This document shows, one piece after another, positions 1 to 7,657 of a DNA stretch of 64,000 nt; the first letter of the stretch is position 1; each line of letters opens with the position of its first letter. The notes under the pieces are model-generated. The model did not search any database. It was not told the DNA's origin and worked only from the letters and a program-made list of their open reading frames with translations. Location of the stretch: positions 54,847 to 118,846 of the IMG/VR virus record IMGVR_UViG_3300016476_001599; one strand, written 5' to 3'. This DNA comes from a virus. The translations under genes and the position numbers were made by a program.

Positions 1-2
1 CT

Positions 3-533
3 GGTAGTCCTGAGAACTTGGGTGCGTTGTCAACCTTCGCCAATTCGGGGCGAGGCGTCGGAGAAATGCGGTTTGTTATTTATAACAAAATGAACCGCAA
101 AATTCCGAAACGTTTTCTCCCAGGAAGAAACATGCAGCCGCACGCCAGGAAACTTGCAGACACTTGGCGTAAAATCATGATCGAGCTACATCGTATCGCG
201 AAAGTATCGGCAAGTTTTTCGATCGGTTTTGTTTTCGACGACGCGACTGACGACGCGACCTTGGCGCAGCACGAGCGACACGAAAACGAAAGCATCTACT
301 ATATCAATCCAGTGTTGCCGAATTTTAAGAAACGTTTTTCGGCAAAAGACAAGGATTTACTGATTCTAGTGGCCGCGCACGAATTTGTGCACGGGCAATA
401 CGGGCTTCGTTTTCACGATGAAGACTTTGCTTCACGTTTAACTTTTTTTGCGGCGGAAGTGATGCGCAACCGAAAGTGTTTTAACCACTGCTTCCGGGAC
501 TCAACTAATAACCAAGAAAGAGCATTGGCGTAA
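3..533 (+). CDS. HExxH (zincin-like) domain protein, 5' partial
   Basis: Frame is open to the window edge; AAHEFVH...HDEDF motif. Confidence 0.55.
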   Translation, partial: GSPENLGALSTFANSGRGVGEMRFVIYNKMNRKIPKRFLPGRNMQPHARKLADTWRKIMIELHRIAKVSASFSIGFVFDDATDDATLAQHERHENESIYYINPVLPNFKKRFSAKDKDLLILVAAHEFVHGQYGLRFHDEDFASRLTFFAAEVMRNRKCFNHCFRDSTNNQERALA

Positions 534-757
534 TGAGTAAACCGAAACCCGAGGAAATGTTGAAGCTGCTGCTACGGCAGCAGCTTTCGGCAACCGAAGA
601 GCAGGCCGAAACAATCTGGTCTTCTTTTGAAAGTTTTTGCCAACGTCGGCTTCGCGAGGACTACCCAGACAGCGGCTATGCCGCAATCGTTCTAGATGGC
701 GAAGGCGGCGAGATCATTGGTGTAGACCTATATGACGACAGGGACGGTTCCGATTGA
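533..757 (+). CDS. hypothetical protein
   Basis: TAATG stop/start overlap. Confidence 0.65.
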   Translation: MSKPKPEEMLKLLLRQQLSATEEQAETIWSSFESFCQRRLREDYPDSGYAAIVLDGEGGEIIGVDLYDDRDGSD

Positions 758-972
758 AAAAAATAAAACAAGGCGACGAATTTATTTTAAAACAGTCCGA
801 CGGATCCAAGCTTAAATTTCGGCGCGAAAATAATGATCCTCAACCTGTATGGCCATCCGAAATGCTGCGTGTCACTCACTTAAGTCACAGCATGGTCCCT
901 AATTTTAAGCCGTACACTTTTAACACTTGCCAAGAGTGGTTTAGACAAAGAGATCTATTTGCCGAAGAGTAA
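754..972 (+). CDS. hypothetical protein
   Basis: TTGA overlap with the upstream gene. Confidence 0.55.
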   Translation: MKKIKQGDEFILKQSDGSKLKFRRENNDPQPVWPSEMLRVTHLSHSMVPNFKPYTFNTCQEWFRQRDLFAEE

Positions 973-1035
973 GCCAGTTTTGGTGGCATACTTTGCAGGG
1001 CAAAATCCCGCGTTCCAATAAGAAAATGGTGAAGC

Positions 1036-2070
1036 ATGAAACCTGAAGAACTAAAGACAATTTTGGACGATCACGATAAGTGGTTGCGTGGCGAAGGCGG
1101 AAAACAGGCCAACCTTCGCGCGGCCAACCTTCGCGGGGCCGACCTTTACTTGGCCAACCTAAACGAGGCCAACCTTTGCAGGGCCAACCTTGCCGGGGCC
1201 AGCCTAAGCAAGGCCAACCTAAGCGGGGCCAATCTTCAAAGGGCCAACCTAAGCAGGGCCAACCTAAGCGGGGCCAACCTAAGCGAGGCCGACCTAAGCG
1301 AGGCCGACCTTCGCGAGGCCAACCTTCGCGGGGCCAACCTAAGCTGGGCCGACCTAAGCGGGGCCAACCTTGCCGGGGCTGACCTAAGCGGGGCCAACCT
1401 TGCCTGGGCCAGCCTAAGCAAGGCCAACCTAAGCGGGGCCAATCTTCAAAGGTCCGACCTAAGCGGGGACGACCTTCGCGAGGCCAACCTAAGCGAGGCC
1501 GACCTTCGCGAGGCCAACCTGAGCGGGGTCAACCTTCGCGGGGCCAACCTTGGCGAGGTCAGCCTAAGCGAGGCCATCCTAAACGGGGCCGACCTTAGCG
1601 AGGCCAACCTTTGCTGGGCCAACCTTCGCGCGGCCAACCTAAGCGGGGCCAGCCTACGCGAGGCCAACCTAAGCAAGGCCAACCTAAGCATGGCCAACCT
1701 AAGTGAGGCCAACCTAAGCATGGCCAACCTAAGCATGGCCAACCTAAGCGGGGCCGACCTAAGCATGGCCAACCTACGCAGGGCCGACCTAAGCGGGGCC
1801 AACCTAAGCGAGGCCAACCTAAGCGGGGCCAGAGTTGACGCCGCAGTGTGCAGGATGGACTTCGGCGGTTGGTCGATCTGCGTTTACGCTGACAAAACCT
1901 CTATCGGGTGCAAAACGCACGCGAACGAGAACTGGTTATCGTGGACCCCGGAAAGCGAAGAAATCAAGACGATGCACTCCGATGCGGCTTCTTGGTGGGC
2001 GACGCACGGAGGAATGGTTAAGGCGGTGATACGGGGTGTGATGGCTAAAGCGAAAGGCGGTGAAGCGTGA
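1036..2070 (+). CDS. pentapeptide repeat protein
   Basis: About 48 A(N/D)Lxx units; typical N-terminus [17 protein letters not shown]; C-terminal IGCK-type domain. Confidence 0.95.
   Translation: MKPEELKTILDDHDKWLRGEGGKQANLRAANLRGADLYLANLNEANLCRANLAGASLSKANLSGANLQRANLSRANLSGANLSEADLSEADLREANLRGANLSWADLSGANLAGADLSGANLAWASLSKANLSGANLQRSDLSGDDLREANLSEADLREANLSGVNLRGANLGEVSLSEAILNGADLSEANLCWANLRAANLSGASLREANLSKANLSMANLSEANLSMANLSMANLSGADLSMANLRRADLSGANLSEANLSGARVDAAVCRMDFGGWSICVYADKTSIGCKTHANENWLSWTPESEEIKTMHSDAASWWATHGGMVKAVIRGVMAKAKGGEA
1108..1827 (+). repeat. 15-nt coding tandem repeat, consensus GCCAACCTAAGCNNN, about 48 units
   Basis: Periodicity read directly from the sequence. Confidence 0.95.
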
Positions 2071-2156
2071 GCGATTTAATAAGCTGCTTCGGTACCTTGG
2101 ATTCAATGTCGATCGCGGCGTGTACCGCAACGATAAGAGGAAACACTAGGAAATGA
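2067..2156 (+). CDS. small hypothetical protein (29 aa, not in the ORF track)
   Basis: GTGA overlap at the start and ATGA overlap at the end; MSDLISCFG... Confidence 0.45.
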   Translation: MSDLISCFGTLDSMSIAACTATIRGNTRK

Positions 2157-2461
2157 GCGAAAAACGAAAACCTGAATTGTCTTTCGATGCCTGGTTTTGG
2201 GGCAAGAGCGGAAAGAAGAAGGTCGTTAGGATCGAGCTGTACCCTGCGAATCTATGGCCGATGGGCGAGTCCAAAGTAAGGCTTGGATTGCGAGAAACTA
2301 AATCGGACGTGTACAGGCTCAGAGTCAATGGTAAATGGTGGCAATCGCAAAAGACGTTTACGCTGTCTCAGTTTTTCGCGATCTTTCGCCGAACCTCGAT
2401 CTCAATTCGCAAAAATATGCGAAGAAAACAAAACTTGAAACAGGAAGGCGGTGACGCGTGA
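2153..2461 (+). CDS. hypothetical protein
   Basis: Coupled ORF ending GGDA*. Confidence 0.7.
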   Translation: MSEKRKPELSFDAWFWGKSGKKKVVRIELYPANLWPMGESKVRLGLRETKSDVYRLRVNGKWWQSQKTFTLSQFFAIFRRTSISIRKNMRRKQNLKQEGGDA

Positions 2462-2856
2462 GCACAAAAGCAAAGTTCGGGCCAGGAAGTTACAAGACTA
2501 GATGCGGTGAAGACGTTGAGATTGTCGCAGTAGTTGGCAAAGTTGCGATTGGGTATTCTAACAACAACCCGAAGGCCGCCAACACATGGAGCGCCCATAC
2601 GGGGCGATTCCACTTTGGATTGAGCTACGAGAGCAAGTACGACCTCATCGACGCGAACGCGAATCAGCCGGAGAGCGAAGGTTTAAAGATTGGCCTTCGC
2701 GACTGGTTCGCGGGGCAAGCAAGCGATAGCGACGTTAAGCGATGGAAGGAGATTTATTCGCACAACGGCACTTCAATCACTGAAGAAGAGGCTAAGTACG
2801 TATACGCTGATGCCATGATTGCAGCGAGGGGAAAGCAGGAAGGCGGTGAAGCGTGA
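2458..2856 (+). CDS. hypothetical phage protein
   Basis: YKTRCGEDVEIVAV module plus LRDWFAGQA...ADAMIAAR module common in phage accessory genes. Confidence 0.75.
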   Translation: MSTKAKFGPGSYKTRCGEDVEIVAVVGKVAIGYSNNNPKAANTWSAHTGRFHFGLSYESKYDLIDANANQPESEGLKIGLRDWFAGQASDSDVKRWKEIYSHNGTSITEEEAKYVYADAMIAARGKQEGGEA

Positions 2857-3176
2857 GCGAGCAGAAACAAGTCTGGATCGATGTACACTGCCCAATTCAA
2901 CCAAGCGATCCACTACCGCCAGAGCGAAAGGTGGTGTTGATTTGGCTCGCAGGGTTCGCTCTTCCGTTTTGCGGATATGTTCGATATGCGGCAGGTGATG
3001 AAAAGCGCCCTTATTTTGTTGCCTATCACGGAAACTTGAATAAGGGGGCGGAGGTGATTGCTTGGTGCGATTGCCTGCCGGATCAGGGGCCGAATCGAAA
3101 CGAAGCCAGCATGTACAACGCCGAGCAAAAAAAACGGAAGAGGCTATCCTGCAAGGCGAGCAGCGAAAGGCGGTGA
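2853..3176 (+). CDS. DUF551-like protein, possibly frameshifted near the C-terminus
   Basis: WI...LPPERKVVLIW...VIAWCDCLP pattern; A8 run at 3127-3134. Confidence 0.55.
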   Translation: MSEQKQVWIDVHCPIQPSDPLPPERKVVLIWLAGFALPFCGYVRYAAGDEKRPYFVAYHGNLNKGAEVIAWCDCLPDQGPNRNEASMYNAEQKKRKRLSCKASSERR

Positions 3177-3179
3177 AGC

Positions 3180-3446
3180 GTGAGTGAAGCAACTTGTCCG
3201 TACTGCAAGGAAGAATTCGAGCCTGACGATCACTACAAATCAGGTCCATACGAGTGCCCGGAGTGTTCGGAGGTGCTTTGGCTGGAGGTGGAGTATGATA
3301 TTTCGTTCGATGCAAGCTGCATGAAAGGCGCGCACCTTTTCGTAAAAAACGAAGCCGCGAGCTTTAAGCACAACCAAACTGTGCTTATCTGCGAACGTTG
3401 TGGCGCTTGTGACTTGCCGGACACGCGAAAAGGAGGCGAGGCGTGA
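3180..3446 (+). CDS. zinc-ribbon protein
   Basis: CPYC, CPEC and CERC motifs. Confidence 0.7.
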   Translation: MSEATCPYCKEEFEPDDHYKSGPYECPECSEVLWLEVEYDISFDASCMKGAHLFVKNEAASFKHNQTVLICERCGACDLPDTRKGGEA

Positions 3447-3649
3447 GCGTACCCAAACTGGAAGAGTTATTTGAGAAGTTTCGAAAGCTAAATTCTTTAG
3501 CGCAACGCGACGCGTTTGAGCAACACTTTCGTTCAATTGCGAGCGGGCAAGCGGAACCCGAACTTCGTAAAGAAAGCGCGGTATTCGCCGCTCAGTGCGT
3601 GGTCATTCTATTTGAACACACCAAGGTGATGGAAGCCGGTGAAACCTAA
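3443..3649 (+). CDS. hypothetical protein
   Basis: GTGA-coupled ORF. Confidence 0.65.
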   Translation: MSVPKLEELFEKFRKLNSLAQRDAFEQHFRSIASGQAEPELRKESAVFAAQCVVILFEHTKVMEAGET

Positions 3650-3696
3650 CCGCCACACTGCTGACTAAATTTTCAAAATCGAAAGGAAATAAAACG

Positions 3697-4053
3697 ATGC
3701 TTACAGTAGGGAATTACAAGATGAGAGACGGACGCGACGTGAAGATCGTTGCGGTGGTTGACGGATTCGCTGTTGGTTATCGCGCAGATGACGGGCCGAT
3801 AGGCTCAACTACATGGGATGCCAGCAATGGACGGTATTTTAATGATGGAAGCGAAGATAGCTGGGACATCATTGACGACAAACCGCGAATCAAGCGAGAG
3901 GCTTGGTTGACAATTTACGACGAGAGAGATGACGGCATTGTTGCAGGAGGAGGCTACGCAACGAAAGAACAGGCGATGGCGAACAGGTCGGAAGCTTGCA
4001 TCGCCATCGCTCGTGTGCCTATCGATTTCGTAAGAGGAGAGAACCTTACGTAA
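3697..4053 (+). CDS. hypothetical phage protein, paralogous to the N-terminus of 2458-2856
   Basis: AAAGGA RBS; YKMRDGRDVKIVAV module. Confidence 0.75.
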   Translation: MLTVGNYKMRDGRDVKIVAVVDGFAVGYRADDGPIGSTTWDASNGRYFNDGSEDSWDIIDDKPRIKREAWLTIYDERDDGIVAGGGYATKEQAMANRSEACIAIARVPIDFVRGENLT

Positions 4054-4132
4054 CTCGGCGACGAAGAGTTTAATGTAACGCTAAAGTGTGTGAAATGACA
4101 TTTTTTGAAATTTATGTTACCAGGAGAAGATT

Positions 4133-4660
4133 ATGCGATTCAAGAAAGCGTTGATTGAGATCACTCACGATGAGGGATATGCGGATGATTTGATAATGCA
4201 CATCAACCACGCCCTCAGCGGTAAAGACATGCGAGCTGAAAGAGTTGTGAAGCAAGTCGAAACAAACAGCAAGGCTGAAGGAATCCCAGATGGCTGGGAA
4301 TTTGTGAGAGTTGGCAAGTGCTATCCTGGAGATGTGAGGGTTAACACCGGCGGCAAGCCTGCCGAGTGGGACTGGACTGCAAGCACAAGTGTCAACCACG
4401 TCGTCATTCGCAAGATCGAGAAGCCCAAGCAGTATCGACCGTTTTCGAATGCGGCGGAAGCTGGAGAACTCTGGAATGCGGTGCTGAAGCTTAAATATCC
4501 AACAGAAGGAGAAGAGGCTTCGAGGTTTAGAGTGGTTCGGATTACGGAAAAATCGGTTACCGTCGGTGCCAACAGTTACACTTACCCAAAGGCTTTCGAG
4601 CTTTTTGAGTGCGTCGACGGCATCCCGTTCGGCGTTGAAATAACAAAGATTCAGGCATAA
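4133..4660 (+). CDS. hypothetical protein
   Basis: AGGAGA RBS; IPDGWE...IRKIE module shared with 7657-9510. Confidence 0.75.
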   Translation: MRFKKALIEITHDEGYADDLIMHINHALSGKDMRAERVVKQVETNSKAEGIPDGWEFVRVGKCYPGDVRVNTGGKPAEWDWTASTSVNHVVIRKIEKPKQYRPFSNAAEAGELWNAVLKLKYPTEGEEASRFRVVRITEKSVTVGANSYTYPKAFELFECVDGIPFGVEITKIQA

Positions 4661-4708
4661 GTCGTGCTGCATCCGCAATTTATTTGAACTTAACTGAAAG
4701 AGCAAAAC

Positions 4709-5101
4709 ATGGGAATGGGATACGCCGCCTGCCAGGCCGAAGCTTTTGAATACGCAACCGTTAAAACGCTTTGCCCGCAAGAAATAGCTGCGATTGAAAG
4801 TCACGCTGAATTTGAAAGCTGGGGCAAACTCGCTGAAAGCCTGTTTGACGAAACCGCGGAAAAGCAAATAAGCCTTCTTGTCGGAAACCTGCTTGCAGCC
4901 TTTAACAAAGCTACCGAAGTCGACGGTAAAGGGCTTACGTTGTCTTTCACCCACTACAGCAAAGATAACGGCGACCGTTACGATACGACTTGCTCACACG
5001 AAGGCTGCATTTTTGAAGTTCACGGCACAATGCAGCTAACACCTGCCGGAGAAAAATTCAAAGACAAAACACAAAACGTTTCGTACGTTGTGTTTATGTA
5101 A
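4709..5101 (+). CDS. hypothetical protein
   Basis: ORF in the co-directional gene array. Confidence 0.7.
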   Translation: MGMGYAACQAEAFEYATVKTLCPQEIAAIESHAEFESWGKLAESLFDETAEKQISLLVGNLLAAFNKATEVDGKGLTLSFTHYSKDNGDRYDTTCSHEGCIFEVHGTMQLTPAGEKFKDKTQNVSYVVFM

Positions 5102-5121
5102 TTTCTATCCTAGGGACAAAG

Positions 5122-5418
5122 ATGAAACACGAAAAAATTATACGACGCGACGACGGAAGTCACGTCAAAATAGAAGTGCACTTGAATCTCGCTTTTTATT
5201 CCGACAACGTGGAATGGCGTTTTGCAACTTACAAGCGTGAAAAAGGCAAAAGAACTTGGCAAACAGCTGCCGATCCGTTTGCGTACGATCTACGCGGTCT
5301 CGCAGCTAAAGACAAAAAGGCTCGCGAGCTTCACTTGAAATTACAGCTGGCAACCAAAGAAGAAGTTGAGGCTGTGATGCTCGAGCTGTTGGCTAAAATC
5401 AAACCAGTAGTATCCTAG
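5122..5418 (+). CDS. hypothetical protein
   Basis: AGGGA RBS. Confidence 0.7.
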   Translation: MKHEKIIRRDDGSHVKIEVHLNLAFYSDNVEWRFATYKREKGKRTWQTAADPFAYDLRGLAAKDKKARELHLKLQLATKEEVEAVMLELLAKIKPVVS

Positions 5419-5426
5419 GAGCAAAA

Positions 5427-5672
5427 ATGAATAGCTTTTTCAAAGATCTTGGAGTGCAGATTATCCTCACGGGCTGTTTTCTTGCGGTAATGGCGTTCGG
5501 CTTCGGCTTTTGGGTCAGTTTTAAAAACAACGAAAGGTGGACGGTCTATGCTGACGGCCAAACCTTTGAATCGCTCAAGCAAGTCACATTAACCTCCAAC
5601 TACGTCGAATACGTTACACCTGATAACAAACGCATTATTTTTCACGGATCATTCACTGCGGTAAGCGAGTGA
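5427..5672 (+). CDS. small membrane-anchored protein
   Basis: AGGAG RBS; N-terminal hydrophobic helix. Confidence 0.7.
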   Translation: MNSFFKDLGVQIILTGCFLAVMAFGFGFWVSFKNNERWTVYADGQTFESLKQVTLTSNYVEYVTPDNKRIIFHGSFTAVSE

Positions 5673-5702
5673 TCGAGTTCAAAAAGACAGCAAGGGACAC
5701 AC

Positions 5703-6050
5703 ATGAAAGTAAAAGGCGGGCCTGCTTCCCGTAAAAAGCAATCGCAACAGGTCCAGGTTCCGGATGTGCTCGATAGCTCTTTGGCTAACACGCAGCTGAC
5801 ATTGCGAACACAGAACACGCTAGAGAAACACGGTATATGCACTATTCGCGATCTGACCGCAAAAACGGTCGCGGACCTGATGAGCATTCCCAACTTGGGG
5901 CAAATCACGATTCAGACCTTGCGAGTGTTTTTAGACAGCCTACGCGTTGCGCACCGGTTGAACGAAAGCGACGAGGTTCAAATACAGACCGCTAAAAAGC
6001 GATTAGACGCACAGAAGCGGAAAACCGCCCCGGTGCAGACCAAGCAGTAA
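5703..6050 (+). CDS. stand-alone RNA polymerase alpha subunit C-terminal domain-like protein
   Basis: LTLRTQNTLEKHGICTIRDLTAKTVADLMSIPNLGQITI matches the alpha-CTD pattern LSVRSxNCLKxxxIxxIGDLxxxxExELLKxPNLGxKS. Confidence 0.85.
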   Translation: MKVKGGPASRKKQSQQVQVPDVLDSSLANTQLTLRTQNTLEKHGICTIRDLTAKTVADLMSIPNLGQITIQTLRVFLDSLRVAHRLNESDEVQIQTAKKRLDAQKRKTAPVQTKQ

Positions 6051-6092
6051 AAACGCTTCCAGCGGGCTCTCAGGGGCCCGGAAAGGTACGTC

Positions 6093-6392
6093 ATGAGGGT
6101 CAATGACGAGGTAAAGCAGATGGTAATTCAATCCCGTAAAAAGGGACATCTGCCATCGATGTTCAGGCCGGACTACTACGTCAACGATTTAGAGTTCAAG
6201 TTTGAGCGGTGGCTATACAGCCAAGGGTTCCGCCCTGGCGACGAGCACATGCTAGGAAGAACCGTAAAGGTGCCTTTGTTATCGCCGCAGTTGGTAAATC
6301 AATACGTAAGCCATGTCAGCAACGAGGACTGGCCGCAGATCTGCGTGTTCGCCAGCCGATTAGTGAATCTTCAAAGGCTAGAGCAGAATTAA
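6093..6392 (+). CDS. hypothetical protein
   Basis: AAAGG RBS. Confidence 0.6.
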   Translation: MRVNDEVKQMVIQSRKKGHLPSMFRPDYYVNDLEFKFERWLYSQGFRPGDEHMLGRTVKVPLLSPQLVNQYVSHVSNEDWPQICVFASRLVNLQRLEQN

Positions 6393-6405
6393 CGCAGCTT
6401 TTTCG

Positions 6406-6701
6406 GCAATGTGCGCTTATCCATATTTTCATTATCCTAACGGATAAATGAAAACCGCGATTGCATTCATATAGGCGTTCTGCTGTGTCGTGCTGTCGTT
6501 TAAGCAACAGCCGCAGCTTCTACCATGGTCAATAAAGAACGCTACCGCCTGTAAAGCCTATTTGGGCTAAAGGCAGCTACTTAAAGATGTGTTTCTTATG
6601 CCACAAGAAAGGATATAAATAATAATAATAATCGGAACTACTCGGTTTTTTGGTTTCTATTATCCGTTAGGATAATGGAAATATGGATAAAAGTACATTG
6701 C
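6406..6701. repeat. 42-bp inverted repeat pair (6406-6447 and 6660-6701) with TTATCC iterons and (AAT)5; candidate replication origin
   Basis: Arms match at 38 of 42 positions as reverse complements; longest non-coding stretch in the window. Confidence 0.75.
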
Positions 6702-6754
6702 AGGATTCGTCCTGCTAATTCCGGAGGGAGGTCAGCATTAAAGCTACTGGAAAG

Positions 6755-7657
6755 TTGCCCGGTTATTGCAAAACAATCAAATACCAACCGTCTAGGTCTT
6801 GTTTACCCTACCGGTTGCTTTCTTCTTGTGTGCTGCACTTGAATCGAAATCGAAAAGCTTTTCACCGCGTTCTAATGCTTCAGTACCGTTATCGATTGCA
6901 GCTTAAGTCTTACGTTGCTGCGTTGAACGGTCGTCGCAAGCATGTTCAGCGTAAAGCCGATGAACTGGGTGTAGTGCTGTCTTCGATTGACTCCACGGAT
7001 TTCAACGGTGAGTTTCTTAAACTGGTGCGGCAGTGCAATTGCCCTGCTCCTGGTTGCAGCTACACACCTTCGCCGCTGTTTCACTGCGGAAACCCTAAAA
7101 CTTGCCCGTTTTGTTTTGTTCGACTGCGATTAATCCCAGTTTACGAGGGTGTTATGTCGCTCGGCGAATCTGTTTTAGCTAATTCGATGCTGATCGGCTG
7201 GTCGCGTAAGTGTTCCTTCAAAGATGGCTTACCGTTCTTTTCCCGTAGAACGGGTCCGCACGGGTGGACGAAAGCCGCTTTTAGTGTGCAAGTTGCAGTG
7301 CCTTTTTACGAACGCAAACTGCTGGCGGAACCCGAGGAGGTTCGCGGTCGGATTAAAAGGTTTGAGTACCTTCCGGTGATTTTCCACGTTGGACTGCACG
7401 TGGTTCCGGCGGATGGTAATGGGCTGGATGTCTTCCGTAAAAAGCGGGAGGCGTTAAAACTAACGTCGGTGCCTTACGCTTCGTTGGTTGGTTTGAGTCC
7501 GGAAGAGCGTGAGGCCCGTTTGCTCTCCGTTATGCAACAGCTTTTTGCGTTCCGCTGGGAACCGTTTTTCACTCCGGACGCGAAGCTTGTTTTTCGGACG
7601 GTTCACGATTGTTTTAGGGAGCAGAATTTAATTCGTTTTCAAAAGAGGAAAGACTGA
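6755..7657 (+). CDS. Cys-rich Zn-binding protein, possible replication initiator (alternative start 6875)
   Basis: CNCPAPGC...HCGNPKTCPFC; lies next to the inverted-repeat region. Confidence 0.45.
   Translation: MPGYCKTIKYQPSRSCLPYRLLSSCVLHLNRNRKAFHRVLMLQYRYRLQLKSYVAALNGRRKHVQRKADELGVVLSSIDSTDFNGEFLKLVRQCNCPAPGCSYTPSPLFHCGNPKTCPFCFVRLRLIPVYEGVMSLGESVLANSMLIGWSRKCSFKDGLPFFSRRTGPHGWTKAAFSVQVAVPFYERKLLAEPEEVRGRIKRFEYLPVIFHVGLHVVPADGNGLDVFRKKREALKLTSVPYASLVGLSPEEREARLLSVMQQLFAFRWEPFFTPDAKLVFRTVHDCFREQNLIRFQKRKD

Larger units (their letters stand above)
2054..3448 (+). repeat. dispersed 19-nt gene-junction repeat AAGGCGGTGAAGCGTGAG(C/T), 5 copies
   Basis: Copies at 2054, 2445, 2840, 3167 and 3430; degenerate copy near 3633. 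Confidence 0.85.

Noticed and set aside
1080-1817. Alternative-frame ORFs (GQPKR and LRLA repeats) and the idea that the 15-nt repeat is a guide or CRISPR array
   Set aside because: They are shadows of the pentapeptide coding repeat; there are no unique spacers and the repeat is in frame within a normal gene.
2054-3448. Junction repeat as a CRISPR array
   Set aside because: Spacing is about 260-400 nt and irregular, and the intervening sequences are whole genes.
4112-4954. Long minus-strand ORFs such as 4112-4954, 8227-9165 and 24337-25263
   Set aside because: They lie antisense to well-supported plus-strand genes and show no recognisable motifs.
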